Shown in pieces: positions 10,427 to 19,506 of a DNA stretch of 64,000 nucleotides. The translations under genes and the position numbers were made by a program. Origin of the DNA: Nitrososphaeraceae archaeon (lineage in GTDB: Archaea; Thermoproteota; Nitrososphaeria; Nitrososphaerales; Nitrososphaeraceae); contig DATBHO010000089.1 of assembly GCA_036557405.1 (NCBI GenBank), positions 1,991 to 65,990 of the forward strand, written 5' to 3'. Below the pieces are notes generated by a model that was not told the origin of the DNA, did not search any database, and saw only the letters and a list, made by a program, of their open reading frames with translations. Position 1 is the stretch's first letter, and each line of letters opens with the position of its first letter.

Positions 10427-10690
10427 TGAACAAATAAAAATAAATGCTTGGAACGGAACCAGGTGGAAGGAAAATAAAAAACTAATACGTAAAAATAGTT
10501 CAATAGTAGAACAAATTGAATGATAATTTCATTCGTAAGAAGCATAGTTATTTTTAACTTTCTATTCTTGGCCTCGAATTTGAATCCTATTTGAAGGTCG
10601 CAAAATTATTGCAAATTTTAATTCATAACTTGAGACCCAGCATTTTATCATGATTCTCATTCACTTTTCAACAATAGCTTGATTACAAGA

Positions 10691-10699
10691 TTTAAATAT
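10691..10699 (+). promoter_or_regulatory. TATA-like box upstream of thioredoxin gene (leaderless-type spacing)
   Basis: TTTAAATAT lies about 33 nt upstream of the ATG at 10724. This would put the transcription start at or a few nt before the start codon. Confidence 0.35.
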
Positions 10700-10723
10700 G
10701 AATTCCGACGATAAGTTGTAACA

Positions 10724-11062
10724 ATGAGTTCGAATTCCAACAAACCTATGCTAGTTGAACTATCAGAAAAAAACTTTGATGAAGTTATTGGTGGTAATAA
10801 ACCCGTTCTTGTTGATTTTTGGGCAACGTGGTGTGGACCATGTCAATTCATGCTTCCAATCTTTGACAAGCTAGCAAAAAAATATGAAGAAAAAGTCATT
10901 TTCGGTAGACTAAATGTTGATGATAATCAGGGTGTAGCGATGAGATTTGATGTGTATGCAATTCCTACGTTCATTGTGTTCATGAATGGTAAACTTATTG
11001 AAAAAGCTGTGGGAGCAGTTGGAGAAAAGGGACTTGAAGGTTTACTGGAAAAGTACCAATAG
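10724..11062 (+). CDS. trxA: thioredoxin
   Basis: WATWCGPCQ active site. 112 aa. Confidence 0.9.
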   Translation: MSSNSNKPMLVELSEKNFDEVIGGNKPVLVDFWATWCGPCQFMLPIFDKLAKKYEEKVIFGRLNVDDNQGVAMRFDVYAIPTFIVFMNGKLIEKAVGAVGEKGLEGLLEKYQ

Positions 11063-11133
11063 CAGAAGGAAACGATATTAAAATTCCAAACTAGTAAAAA
11101 CCAAACTTGATTTAATTAAAATTGGATCTAAAC

Positions 11134-12918
11134 TTATATATAGCCAAATGCAGGATCGGTCTCGCGTTTTTTAGACAAAATTAAACTAAAAATTTCCTGT
11201 TCATCTTCATTAAGCCTATCTGAAAATCTTTCTAGTATGAGTTTTGCCTCTTTGCCATTCAGATCAGTATAAAAAATGTCACCTTCATTTATCTGTCGAC
11301 CAATTGTGGGCCCTTTTATCGAAAGGGCAACCTGTGTTCCCCTACTAGCAACTTCTAAATTTTTACCCTCATGTTGTATTTGATGTATCACTCCTACCTT
11401 CTTACCTTTCTCATTCATTATAGATATTTTCTGTCTTAATTTACCTATCAATATTTCAGCACCAAATACGGCCGGACTATTTCTTCTAAAGACATATCCT
11501 TTCAAAAATTGAAATTTGCAGATTGGTGGTATTTCATTGAAAATAATTGAATCCTCATGGGTCTTTTCATATGTTAGCCATTCTGAGTAATTTCTAACTA
11601 AATTATAAATTATTTTTTCGTCAAAAATTTTTACTTTTCTTTCAAGGGCTTCTTTTTCTGCTTCTTCAAGTATTTTCACATTGAATCCTAGTACCACTCC
11701 CAGGTAGCGCTCTTTTTCTTTGACGGCTGAGGCGGAGAGTATATCTTTACGTGTAATATTGCCCAAATCGGCAGACCTAATTGGTATGTTCTCCTTTTTC
11801 AAGAGTTCAGTAATAGCCTCAATCGAGCCGATAGTATCGCATCTTAGAATAATACCGTTTGATTCTGTTTGTATTATTGCTGACTTTATCTCTGATTCAA
11901 TATTTGATTTTAATCTTTCCTCATCATCGGGGCTACTGACTACATAGAGTGGACTGCCAGCAAGAACACCTTCAAGATCAGGAGACGTTATTTTTAGTCC
12001 AGCTGCAGCAATAACCTTGTCTACGTGTCTAAATTTATCTCTTGGATCTCTCATTTCATCCAATGGTTTTGGGAGTAGTAGTGCCTTGATTTTCGTCGTG
12101 GTAACGCTATCTTTTTTCCCAATAACAATTGTATCCCCGTGCTTTATTGTGCCATCAAGCAGAATAATATTTGCTGACGGACCTAATCCTATTTCATCAT
12201 TTACTTCAAGAACGATACCCTTTGTTTCAGCATCATGGCGCTCGAGTCTTTTAGACATGTATTGTTGAGTTAATCCTACAAGAACTGCTAGAAGCTCAGG
12301 TATACCAGTTCCTGTTACAGCGCTCACCGGGACAATTGCCAACTCCTTTGTAAAATCTTTCACACGCCAAAATGCTTCCGAATTATATCCCAATCGAGAA
12401 AGAGCACCCACAACATTGTAGACTTTTTCATCCAAATAGGATACGATTGTCGGATCTTGAATTTTCAATTGTTCTGCAATCAATATAGAGGTGTTTTTTT
12501 TCCAACCAGATATTTGATCTATCTTATTGAGGGCGATGATGAATGGGACTTTTCTATTTTTTAATATATCTAAGCTTTCTATTGTCTGAGCTTCAAGACC
12601 TTTATTAACGTCAACGACAACTATTGCTATATCGGCGGCAGAGCCTCCCCTCATGCGAAGATTTGCGAAGACCTCATGTCCTGGAGTGTCTATTACTAGT
12701 AGGCCAGGAACGAGATTCTCTGACTTGGACAGTTTATCGAATAGTTTTCCAGTTATTTTTCTAATTGTTTCGATTGGAAAATAGCTTGCACCGATATGCT
12801 GAGTTATACCCCCCACTTCTCTGGATTGAACTGCTGTTCCACGAATTCTGTCAAGCAGTGACGTCTTGCCCGAGTCTACATGACCTAATACCACAACTAC
12901 TGGTTGGCGAAGTCTCAC
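11134..12918 (-). CDS. infB: translation initiation factor aIF5B
   Basis: GHVDSGKTSLLD P-loop, DTPGHE and NKID, with about 594 aa of aIF5B architecture. Lies downstream of ndk as in other archaea. Confidence 0.9.
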   Translation of the reverse strand: MRLRQPVVVVLGHVDSGKTSLLDRIRGTAVQSREVGGITQHIGASYFPIETIRKITGKLFDKLSKSENLVPGLLVIDTPGHEVFANLRMRGGSAADIAIVVVDVNKGLEAQTIESLDILKNRKVPFIIALNKIDQISGWKKNTSILIAEQLKIQDPTIVSYLDEKVYNVVGALSRLGYNSEAFWRVKDFTKELAIVPVSAVTGTGIPELLAVLVGLTQQYMSKRLERHDAETKGIVLEVNDEIGLGPSANIILLDGTIKHGDTIVIGKKDSVTTTKIKALLLPKPLDEMRDPRDKFRHVDKVIAAAGLKITSPDLEGVLAGSPLYVVSSPDDEERLKSNIESEIKSAIIQTESNGIILRCDTIGSIEAITELLKKENIPIRSADLGNITRKDILSASAVKEKERYLGVVLGFNVKILEEAEKEALERKVKIFDEKIIYNLVRNYSEWLTYEKTHEDSIIFNEIPPICKFQFLKGYVFRRNSPAVFGAEILIGKLRQKISIMNEKGKKVGVIHQIQHEGKNLEVASRGTQVALSIKGPTIGRQINEGDIFYTDLNGKEAKLILERFSDRLNEDEQEIFSLILSKKRETDPAFGYI

Positions 12919-13326
12919 TTAATTAAAAATGATTTTGGACTCTTTTATGAAGCTTTCAACGGAATCAGAGGCATGTATTATGTTATCGGTGAAGCCGATC
13001 CCAAAGTCTCCTCTAATTGTTCCTGGTAATGCTTCTGTTGATTTTGTGTTTCCAATCATTAATCTTACAGTTGAAATTGCATTATTCCCTTCTATAATAC
13101 ATGCAACTGTATTGCCAGAGCAAATGAAAGAAACTAATTCATCAAAAAAATGTTTGTCTTTATGTGCTTCATAGAATCTCCTTGCTGAATCAACATCAAA
13201 TTGAAATAACTTGAGATTAACAATTTGAAAGCCCCTGTCTTCAAATCTTGAAATAATTTTTCCAACGAGACCCTTCTTAAACCCATCAGGTTTGATGACT
13301 ATTAGAGTCTTTTCCTGATTTGACAT
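12919..13326 (-). CDS. ndk: nucleoside diphosphate kinase
   Basis: TLIVIKPDG..., the GTIRGDFG region and the NIIHASDS active-site His. Confidence 0.9.
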   Translation of the reverse strand: MSNQEKTLIVIKPDGFKKGLVGKIISRFEDRGFQIVNLKLFQFDVDSARRFYEAHKDKHFFDELVSFICSGNTVACIIEGNNAISTVRLMIGNTKSTEALPGTIRGDFGIGFTDNIIHASDSVESFIKESKIIFN

Positions 13327-13335
13327 ATTTGATTC

Positions 13336-13545
13336 TTACTTTTTGACCTTAATGCCGCCTTTAACATACTTTCGCGTCCATTTGAATTTTCGGGGGTCAC
13401 GTCTAAACCTCATGTTTTTCTTACACTTTGCGGAACAAGTCCATTGAATAGCTCCGTCATTTTTTACCAACATCAATCCCTCGTCTGCAGGAATGTGTTT
13501 TCCACAAAAGAAACAATTACGAAGAGAACCAGCTACTTTGCTCAA
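13336..13545 (-). CDS. rpl24e: 50S ribosomal protein L24e
   Basis: CFFCGKHIP...CSAKCKKN zinc-ribbon pattern of L24e. 69 aa. Confidence 0.85.
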   Translation of the reverse strand: MSKVAGSLRNCFFCGKHIPADEGLMLVKNDGAIQWTCSAKCKKNMRFRRDPRKFKWTRKYVKGGIKVKK

Positions 13546-13554
13546 TCGACTTCA

Positions 13555-13782
13555 CTACTTTATCTTTCTAGCCTCTCTCTCAGTTTCTCTCAACATCAGA
13601 ATGTCTTTCATTCTGATGGAACCCTTGACATTTCGTGTTAGAATTCGACCTTTATCTTTTCCTTCTAGAACTTTTACTCTAACTTGGATTACTTCGCCTG
13701 CTATGCCCGTTCTTCCTACTATTTGTATAACTTCTGCTGGGGTTACCTTTATCTCTGAAGCTTTACTCAATAATGAAATCAC
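13555..13782 (-). CDS. rps28e: 30S ribosomal protein S28e
   Basis: [40 protein letters not shown]...REARKIK is the typical S28e sequence. Confidence 0.9.
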   Translation of the reverse strand: MISLLSKASEIKVTPAEVIQIVGRTGIAGEVIQVRVKVLEGKDKGRILTRNVKGSIRMKDILMLRETEREARKIK

Positions 13783-14174
13783 TCCTTCTTGTCTTTAATG
13801 TTGGCTAGTGTTCCGATAACTTGATCAACTATGTGTTGACCCTCTCCTGCATCAACAATTGTTGCAGCAGCGGATCCAACCTCAATACCAAGCGACTCGC
13901 CCAACTGTTGCTTACTCGGTACAAAAATATACGGAGTATTTCTCTCTTCGCAAATGATTGGAAGATGGGCAACGACCTCAGGCGGTTGAACGTCCTCTGC
14001 TATTACTATCAATTTGCCAATTCCCCTTTCTATCGCCTTTGTAGTTTCATTAGTTCCCTTTCTTACGCTTCCACTTTGCTTGGCTACCCTAACTGCTTCA
14101 TATACTGCGTTTACAAGATCTTTTGGAGTTTCAAATTTTACATAAAACGGCTTACTCATTTTATTATCCATCAC
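13779..14174 (-). CDS. rpl7ae: 50S ribosomal protein L7Ae (also box C/D and H/ACA sRNP component)
   Basis: [15 protein letters not shown]...[15 protein letters not shown]...IPYIFV are hallmark L7Ae/15.5K residues. There is a 4-nt overlap with rps28e. Confidence 0.9.
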   Translation of the reverse strand: MMDNKMSKPFYVKFETPKDLVNAVYEAVRVAKQSGSVRKGTNETTKAIERGIGKLIVIAEDVQPPEVVAHLPIICEERNTPYIFVPSKQQLGESLGIEVGSAAATIVDAGEGQHIVDQVIGTLANIKDKKE

Positions 14175-14242
14175 CCATTGGGATCATCTATAATCTACTG
14201 AATAAAAGTGGAGGCGTATTAAAAATGTTGCCGAGCAAAATA

Positions 14243-15601
14243 TTAATCTTCACCTAATGTCTCTCTAATAATCCGAGTATATTCATTCACTTTCGAGTTG
14301 AGTAACATTTCGTCTGAAGATTCTGCATAAATTCTAATCAGAGGTTCAGTTCCACTGGGACGTAGCATTAACCAACTCTCTTCATCTAACCAAACCTTAA
14401 CTCCGTCAAGTTTCTCGATTTTCATTGGACTTCCATGATTCTTTACGTTATCTATTACTTTTTTAATTAATCCCATGTCTGAGCACTGAAACTTGGATTT
14501 ATATTGGAATACTACTGGAAGAGACAAAAATAATTCCGAAAGCAGCTTTTTCTCGGACGCTAGTAAATCGAGCATTAAGGCAGTCGTGAGTGCGCCATCT
14601 CTTACTTGATTTAGTACACCATACATGAAACCACCATTTTCTTCCATTCCGATAAGTGCATTCTGTTTAACCATTTCACGCGATACTTCAACACTACCAA
14701 CTTTTGTATGATAAACTTCTGAATTATTTTCCTGTGCAATTTTTGTGAGGATATGAGTAGTGTTTACAGGGCATACAATTTTCGCACGCGGGTGTCTAGT
14801 GGTGATCAGGTATTTGGCTAATAATGTTCCTGTTCTGTCACCCCAGTGGACCACTCCTAGTTCATCACAAAATATGGATCTATCTCCATCACCATCGTAC
14901 GCAGCACCCATATCAGATTCAGTTTCTTTTGCGATAGATCTTAGTATATCTAGGTTTGATGGTGTTGGTTCTGATCCCCTTCCAGGGAAACTTCCATCTA
15001 TCGTTCCATTAACCGTTATTACCGTACAGCCAAGTCTCTTTGCCAGTAATGGTGCAACTAGAGATTGAACACCATTTCCTAAGTCCATCGTTATTTTGAA
15101 GTTATGTTGTTTGATCCTATCTACGTCGACTAATTCTAAAACATCATCAATATAGGCATCAATTATCATTTCATCTTTGAAATTTCTACCTATCTTATTT
15201 GAATTAATAAACGTTTTATTCCTAAATATGTCTTCAACCAATATCTCATCATCCCTTGATATCTCGACTCCATCTTTCGCAATGGGTTTAACCCCATTGT
15301 ATTCTGGAGGATTGTGAGAGGCAGTTATCATAACCCCGCCTTTAAATTCATTTTTTTTCGTTGCGTACTGCAGACATGGTGTTGGCAAAATGCCTGCGTC
15401 TACCGTATCTATTCCATTTGAATTTAAGACAGCAGTAATAATATTAAGCATTATATGACTTGAATTTCGACCATCTCTTCCGATCAAAATTGAACCTTCA
15501 TTATAATAAGCTGCCAATGAGTGAGTCACATCTACCAGGAAATCTAGAGTAAGATCTTTCCCAAAAACTCCCCTAATTCCATTAGTCCCAAACAGTGGCA
15601 T
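14243..15601 (-). CDS. glmM: phosphoglucosamine/phosphomannomutase family protein
   Basis: TASHNPPEYNG phosphoserine loop, DGDGDR metal loop and N-terminal FGTNGIRG. I start the gene at MPLFGTNGIRG (15601). The ORF-track extension to 15667 would run through the promoter region of the divergent tRNA. Confidence 0.85.
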   Translation of the reverse strand: MPLFGTNGIRGVFGKDLTLDFLVDVTHSLAAYYNEGSILIGRDGRNSSHIMLNIITAVLNSNGIDTVDAGILPTPCLQYATKKNEFKGGVMITASHNPPEYNGVKPIAKDGVEISRDDEILVEDIFRNKTFINSNKIGRNFKDEMIIDAYIDDVLELVDVDRIKQHNFKITMDLGNGVQSLVAPLLAKRLGCTVITVNGTIDGSFPGRGSEPTPSNLDILRSIAKETESDMGAAYDGDGDRSIFCDELGVVHWGDRTGTLLAKYLITTRHPRAKIVCPVNTTHILTKIAQENNSEVYHTKVGSVEVSREMVKQNALIGMEENGGFMYGVLNQVRDGALTTALMLDLLASEKKLLSELFLSLPVVFQYKSKFQCSDMGLIKKVIDNVKNHGSPMKIEKLDGVKVWLDEESWLMLRPSGTEPLIRIYAESSDEMLLNSKVNEYTRIIRETLGED

Positions 15602-15643
15602 ATTCTTATCGTTAATAACTAAACACCAATATATTCTAAATAA

Positions 15644-15653
15644 TAGATAAATT
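15644..15653 (+). promoter_or_regulatory. TATA-like box upstream of tRNA-Leu
   Basis: ATAGATAAAT lies about 27-36 nt upstream of tRNA position 1 (15680). Confidence 0.3.
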
Positions 15654-15679
15654 TGGCCGAATAACATTCAGAATTCGAT

Positions 15680-15810
15680 GCGGGGGTTGCCAAGCTAGGT
15701 CAACGGCGCAGGTCTCGTCCAAACCGAGTGCGATGCTTAGAATGGATCACATTCAAATTCCTAGATCCCTGTTCCTTAGGGATTCGTGGGTTCAAATCCC
15801 ACCCCCCGCA
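15680..15810 (+). tRNA. tRNA-Leu (type II, probable anticodon UAG) with about 46 nt of intervening sequence
   Basis: Acceptor GCGGGGG/CCCCCGC with discriminator A. D arm GCCA-AGCTAGGTCAA-CGGC. T arm GTGGG-TTCAAAT-CCCAC. Long variable arm (TCC..TTAG..GGA). Total 131 nt. The anticodon stem 5' half CAGGT followed by CT is separated from TAGAT-CCCTG by 46 nt. Confidence 0.85.
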
Positions 15811-15834
15811 CTGAAATTCATAAAAAATATCTGC

Positions 15835-15840
15835 TTTTTT
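15835..15840 (+). terminator. oligo-T tract downstream of tRNA-Leu
   Basis: A TTTTTT run lies 25 nt after the tRNA 3' end. Confidence 0.3.
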
Positions 15841-15907
15841 GTATTATTCTTTCATTTATCTCTACTAAATTTATAAATTTCTGAATAATATAGAATTATT
15901 CAAACTA

Positions 15908-16117
15908 TTAAAAACTGCACAATTTTTTGTGTTTTTCATCATGAAAATGAATGTCACAAAAATCTTCGTTACATGTATAGCAATGCCATCCTGATAGTGT
16001 ATAGCAAACAGAACATTTTCGTGTAGGATTATTATAATCAAAGTCCCTTCTTGATTTCCTTAAAATTTTCTGTCTCTGTTCAGGACTCATTTCTTGCAAA
16101 CCAATTCTGAATGGCAA
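15908..16117 (-). CDS. small eight-ligand cross-brace zinc-finger protein (ZZ/B-box-like spacing)
   Basis: 69-aa protein with a basic N-terminus followed by C35-x2-C-x7-C-x2-C-x4-C-x2-H-x5-H-x3-C67. Confidence 0.6.
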   Translation of the reverse strand: MPFRIGLQEMSPEQRQKILRKSRRDFDYNNPTRKCSVCYTLSGWHCYTCNEDFCDIHFHDEKHKKLCSF

Positions 16118-16271
16118 AACATCGAGAATATACCTTACTCTACTTTATTAGATCTAAAATTCACCATAAGTGGATTTATCATCGCTTTAGGATTGGAGTT
16201 AGCTTATTTAAGCATTAGTGTTATGATTTTTAGAATCCTTTAATTTTGACGCTTTTTAATAAATTCTAACG

Positions 16272-17138
16272 ATGAGCAGAAATGATAGACTAATAGTTGA
16301 GGTAACAGTTGTAGGTAAAGACAGAAAAGGCGTTGTTGCTGATGTAACAAATTTTATCTTCAAAAACGATGGAAATGTTGAACAAATAAATCAAAATGTT
16401 ATCAATGGACTATTTGGAATGCAACTTGAAGCGTCATTTCACCACCATGATTTTAACCAAAAATTATTTGACAGGGAACTAAGACAGTTGGGAAAAAAGC
16501 TAGAGATGGAAGTGAAAATTCACTACCAAGAACCTAAAAGATTAAAGAACATTGCCATTTTTGTAAGCAAAGAAAGCCATTGCCTCATCAAACTGTTAAA
16601 TGCAAAACGTTCTGGTGAGATAGTTGCAAATATAGTTGTTATTGTAGGAAGTGAGAACACTACCAATTCTATCGCACAAAAATACGATATTCCATTTCAT
16701 CACATAGTACACTCCAGACAATCGGCTGCAGAGAATGAAATCCTGGAAATATTGGATCGCTATAATGTAGATTTAATCGTTCTGGGAAGATACATGAGGA
16801 TACTGACACCAAACTTTGTATGGCGGTATCCAGATAGGATAATTAACATTCATCCATCGTTACTACCAGCCTTTCCAGGAGCCTACGCCTACGTCCAAGC
16901 ATATGAAAGAGGTGCAAAAATTGTTGGGTGTACCGCTCATTTTGTAACTGAAGATCTCGATCAAGGCCCCATCATTTGTCAAGAGTCATTCAAAGTTAGA
17001 CAAGATGACACTGTCGAGTCGATTAAGAGACGTGGTCAAAAGCTAGAAGCAGTAACGTTGCTAAAGGCAGTAACGCTATATCTAAATAACCGTATAGAGG
17101 TAAATTGGGGTCGTGTGGTCCTTAAAAACACTGAATAA
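16272..17138 (+). CDS. purU: formyltetrahydrofolate deformylase
   Basis: N-terminal ACT domain (VVGKDRKGVVADVT) plus a formyltransferase domain (HPSLLPAFPGA, DLDQGPII). Confidence 0.85.
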   Translation: MSRNDRLIVEVTVVGKDRKGVVADVTNFIFKNDGNVEQINQNVINGLFGMQLEASFHHHDFNQKLFDRELRQLGKKLEMEVKIHYQEPKRLKNIAIFVSKESHCLIKLLNAKRSGEIVANIVVIVGSENTTNSIAQKYDIPFHHIVHSRQSAAENEILEILDRYNVDLIVLGRYMRILTPNFVWRYPDRIINIHPSLLPAFPGAYAYVQAYERGAKIVGCTAHFVTEDLDQGPIICQESFKVRQDDTVESIKRRGQKLEAVTLLKAVTLYLNNRIEVNWGRVVLKNTE

Positions 17139-17224
17139 ACACTAGAAGGTGATACTATTCAAATTATGATAATAATGGATTTTTTTGATTAGTTTAATAA
17201 CTCAGGTTAATATCAATTCTATTG

Positions 17225-17926
17225 ATGTCTTTTTACAATCTCAGTAGTTATGAGATAGAAAATAATGATAGGCGCATAATAATCCCATTAGGTTCAATAG
17301 AGCAACATGGGCCACACCTTCCCATAACTACAGACACAATAATCGCAGAGTATTTGGCTAACCAAGTTTCAAGAAGGGTTTTTTCATATGTATTACCATC
17401 TATCCCTTACGGAGTATCATATGAACATCAGCCATTTTTCAATATTTCAATTAGCAATGATCTACTCTCAGAACTTCTTGTTCAAACATGTATTTCATTG
17501 GGTGAAAATGGTTTTAATTATATCATAATATTAAATGGTCATCATGGAAATAGGGGAGTGCTGCAGTACCTTTCTCAGAAGGTAATTAAGAATAAGGCAG
17601 GAATCAATGTGTTTGGCATTAACTACTGGGAGCTGATTGAAAGGGAGTTCGATCATGCCGGATTTGTAGAAACTTCATTAATGCTCGCTATTGTACCAAA
17701 GCTGGTTCAAATGAAAAAAGCCAAAAAAGGATATGTCGACGAAAAGAGACTACTCGCTACATATTCTACTTTTCTGAATAATCCATCGTCCTTTAAGATA
17801 ACAAAAAGTGGTGTTTGGGGTGACCCCACCACAGCTTCTGCGAAAGAAGGCAATAAAATAATATCAGTCACAGTCAAGAATCTTGTCAGGTCAATAAAAG
17901 AACTTGATGACTTACTTGAATTGTAG
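17225..17926 (+). CDS. creatininase-family amidohydrolase (ArfB/MftE-like)
   Basis: IPLGSIEQHGPHLPITTD and LNGHHGN are metal-binding motifs of the creatininase fold. ATG at 17225, immediately after an in-frame TTG. Confidence 0.75.
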   Translation: MSFYNLSSYEIENNDRRIIIPLGSIEQHGPHLPITTDTIIAEYLANQVSRRVFSYVLPSIPYGVSYEHQPFFNISISNDLLSELLVQTCISLGENGFNYIIILNGHHGNRGVLQYLSQKVIKNKAGINVFGINYWELIEREFDHAGFVETSLMLAIVPKLVQMKKAKKGYVDEKRLLATYSTFLNNPSSFKITKSGVWGDPTTASAKEGNKIISVTVKNLVRSIKELDDLLEL

Positions 17927-18074
17927 ATCATTTTTACGTCCTGAATTAGTTTTTGTTATTAGTGAAAATGGTGTTTTTTAATAGCACTCAAAATTATCCT
18001 TATTTAATATGTGATTAATAACTATTAACTTTAATATAGACCTTCTTTAAGCAATACCATAGGTAGTGAAATAG

Positions 18075-18305
18075 ATGTCCGTTGACATGGCTGTAAAAAT
18101 ACTTGACGAAAGCTTAGGTAAAATAGTACTCATAAAATTAAAAGGGAGTAAAGTAATTCGCGGAAATTTGCATGGGTTTGATCAACACATGAATTTGCTA
18201 CTAGACAATTCTGTAGAATTACTTGATGAAGGAAAATCAAATGAAATTGGAACAATTATTGTAAGAGGAGATAACGTTGTTATGATATCTCCACCGCCTC
18301 TTTGA
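18075..18305 (+). CDS. Sm-like (LSm) archaeal protein
   Basis: Sm1/Sm2 motifs: LKGSKVIRGNLHGFDQHMNLLLD...IVRGDNVVMISP. Confidence 0.9.
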   Translation: MSVDMAVKILDESLGKIVLIKLKGSKVIRGNLHGFDQHMNLLLDNSVELLDEGKSNEIGTIIVRGDNVVMISPPPL

Positions 18306-18340
18306 TAATATCAATTTGATCCTACTGGGGGAGAATTAGT

Positions 18341-18511
18341 ATGACAAGAGGAACCACATCAATGGGGAAGTTCACTAGAAAAAGGACTCACATAAGATGC
18401 AGAAGATGCGGGCACAATTCATTTCACAAGAGACACAAGCGTTGTGCAAAGTGTGGATATCCGGATCCAAAAATGCGTAAATATGATTGGATAAAACGCA
18501 GAGTAACCTAG
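18341..18511 (+). CDS. rpl37e: 50S ribosomal protein L37e
   Basis: Not in the ORF track (56 aa). My translation is [56 protein letters not shown], which has the L37e C4 zinc-ribbon pattern. The LSm-L37e pairing is conserved in archaea. Confidence 0.85.
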   Translation: MTRGTTSMGKFTRKRTHIRCRRCGHNSFHKRHKRCAKCGYPDPKMRKYDWIKRRVT

Positions 18512-18561
18512 ACATTCTAGGGACAAGATTTAACAGTATGTTGTAGTTTAATATCTCATAT

Positions 18562-19308
18562 TTGGACTTGTTTATTGCATCATTTTCAATAGGTCTAGGT
18601 GCAGTATCTTCCCTTGTTTTTCATCACATAAAAAGACAGGGAATAACGATACTACGCAATAAAAAGAATAGTAGCATGGAAGTAAATTTCATTGATACCA
18701 ATAAGAATAGTTCTGATCTTAAAATGATGAAAGCTGAATTGGATTCACTGGAAGTTGAAAAATCGATTATTAATAGCTCCGTGAGAAAAATACATGAAAC
18801 ATTTCAAGAAGGCAAACTAACTCAATTGGAATATGATAGGCTGATGATAAAATACGGTGAAGATTTAAGAAAATGTGATGAAGAAATTGAACGAACCAGA
18901 TCAGTTGTTGACTTTTACGATTTAAATTCGATTAAGAACAGTCTTGTTTCTATAATAGAAAACAAAATTAATGTTATAGATACAAGACTTAAGGAGATCT
19001 CTGACAGTAATCTTAAAACTCTAACAAAACAACCAAAACAAACTCAACATGATCTCGTTCATCATAATTTTGAATATACCTCTTTTCGGAGAGAAAATCC
19101 GGATAATTCAATGGGCATTGAAGCAGAAAAAATAAAAAAATTAGAGACTGAAATTACTCTGGCGCTTGAAAAACTCGATAGTTACGAATCGACTAAATTA
19201 AAAGGAATTGACAATAATGAGAGTTTAAAAAATGATCCAAATGTGATACATACTCAAAATGTAACTAACAAAAAGGATCCTCTTAGAAATCTCACACCAT
19301 CAAAATAA
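18562..19308 (+). CDS. hypothetical membrane-anchored coiled-coil protein
   Basis: TTG start. One N-terminal hydrophobic helix followed by heptad-like charged sequence. No catalytic motif. Confidence 0.5.
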   Translation: MDLFIASFSIGLGAVSSLVFHHIKRQGITILRNKKNSSMEVNFIDTNKNSSDLKMMKAELDSLEVEKSIINSSVRKIHETFQEGKLTQLEYDRLMIKYGEDLRKCDEEIERTRSVVDFYDLNSIKNSLVSIIENKINVIDTRLKEISDSNLKTLTKQPKQTQHDLVHHNFEYTSFRRENPDNSMGIEAEKIKKLETEITLALEKLDSYESTKLKGIDNNESLKNDPNVIHTQNVTNKKDPLRNLTPSK

Positions 19309-19368
19309 TTAAAAAAAATAATTTGATGGCTAACTCATTATTTATGTGTTCATAAATTTCATTCTTGG

Positions 19369-19506
19369 TTATTTTCCAATTCTGAACATTTTGGTACCGC
19401 AAGTGGAACATATACCTTGGGTTGCCGGCTTTCCATTTTTCATAGTTATCTTTTTTTCATCATTCATCATCCTTTTCTGTTTACACTTAACACAATATCC
19501 TTCCAT
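19369..19506 (-). CDS. small zinc-ribbon protein (DUF5679-like)
   Basis: MEGYCVKCKQKR...GICSTCGTKMFRIGK has two CxxC pairs. I start it at the internal ATG (45 aa), because the upstream 34 codons of the ORF-track call look non-coding. Confidence 0.6.
   Translation of the reverse strand: MEGYCVKCKQKRMMNDEKKITMKNGKPATQGICSTCGTKMFRIGK

Noticed and set aside
10598-10610. 11-nt match ATTTTGCGACC shared, in inverted orientation, between the 10.6-kb spacer and the 28.58-kb spacer
   Set aside because: Chance 11-mer matches are expected many times over in 64 kb when both strands are considered. The flanking sequence does not extend the similarity.
15602-15667. N-terminal 22-codon extension of the phosphoglucosamine mutase ORF
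   Set aside because: The extension (MLFGQIYLLFRIYWCLVINDKN) precedes the canonical family N-terminus MPLFGTNGIRG. It would also run through the TATA-like element of the divergent tRNA-Leu located 12 nt away.
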